A DNA stretch of 64,000 nt from Octopus vulgaris. Lineage: Eukaryota. Positions within the stretch are counted from its first letter, which is position 1. Each line of letters opens with the position of its first letter. Shown here piece after piece: positions 62,974-64,000 of the stretch. The notes beneath the pieces were generated by a model. It worked only from the letters and a program-made list of their open reading frames with translations, ran no database searches and was not told the origin of the DNA. Position numbers and translations under genes: made by a program. The DNA lies in assembly GCA_951406725.2 (NCBI GenBank), contig OX597815.1, positions 32,674,001-32,738,000 on the forward strand. Reading direction: 5' to 3'.

Positions 62974-63373
62974 CTCTCTTTACTCTTTTACTTGTTTCAG
63001 TCATTTGACTGCGGCCATGCTGGAGCACCGCCTTTAATCGAGCAACTCGACCCCGGGACTTATTCTTTTGTAAGCCCAGTACTTATTCTATCGGTCTCTT
63101 TTGCCGAACCGCTAAGTAACGGGGACATAAACACACCAGCATCGGTTGTCAAGCAATGCTAGGGGGACAAACACAGACACACAAACACACACACGCATAT
63201 ATATATATATACATATATACGACAGGCTTCTTTCAGTTTCTGTCTACCAAATCCACTCACAAGGCTTTGGTCGGCCTGAGGCTATAGTAGAAGACACTTG
63301 CCCAAGGTGCCATGCAGTGGGACTGAACCCGGAACCATGTGGTTGGTAAACAAGCTACTTACCACACAGCCAC
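62974..63373 (-). mobile_element. Family A SINE
   Basis: Near-identical to 6823-7224. Confidence 0.9.
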
Positions 63374-64000
63374 TTAGGTAAAGTTTACAAAACTGTATAA
63401 ATGTATGGTAATAATACTCAATAAAAAGTGATTTAAATATACACAATGGCTTTGGAAGTAAGATTTCAAACTAAGTTCATATCCTATTACAAGAACTGAC
63501 TGTGACTTTGATTGTGACACAGAACTCAACCTCATCCCACCTCATTAACCTGTACAGAAGGAATTAAAATTAAAGTGATACTAGAGCAGAGCAGCAGTCA
63601 CAAGTAGTTGAGTGTTTCGTAGCTACACAATCTCTTTTGTAATACTCTGCTACTCATGACTCTCTTCTGAAAGTGATTTGGGAGTCATAACAAACTCTTC
63701 TCAGTCATATTGTCTCTTCATGACACTAACACATTAACTGTTCCTAGATAAATAATAATAGTTTCAATAACAATGTTAATAATAAATATTTCAATATGGA
63801 GGTTAGATTTTAGTGATTTGTTTTCTGCATACATGGAATATTTAAATAAATTACGGCGATGTACTTGCATAACAAGTAACCTGATCTGAGATCGTGTACT
63901 AGAACAAAAACAATTGCAGCGTGGAAGGTGTTTATAAGCCATTTAAGAAACACACAAAAACCGTTAGAGTCACTTCAACATTCAAATTTAATTTGTCAAA

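Overview
AT-rich eukaryotic DNA, almost entirely intronic or intergenic and dominated by repeats. The repeat families resemble, from recall rather than a database search, those of octopod cephalopods (Octopus). No intact long gene is present, and nearly all ORF-track entries are SINE or microsatellite artefacts. The window holds about 60 SINE or SINE-like copies in at least 7 families (labelled A-H here), three decayed mariner transposons, several MITEs, three non-autonomous Helitron pieces, a solo LTR, R4/Dong-, RTE- and CR1/L2-like LINE remnants, and many microsatellites. The most interesting signals are: (i) several minimal hammerhead-ribozyme cores in Penelope-like foldback repeats, including a near-intact one inside a tRNA-headed short element at 7970-8280; (ii) head/tail module swapping and a two-headed chimera among tRNA-derived SINEs; (iii) a phase-compatible chain of three candidate minus-strand exons (24893-24761, 14848-14778, 13362 onward) and a plus-strand signal-peptide-like start exon at about 1.2 kb. 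Coordinates were read by eye, and boundaries of decayed repeats are approximate.
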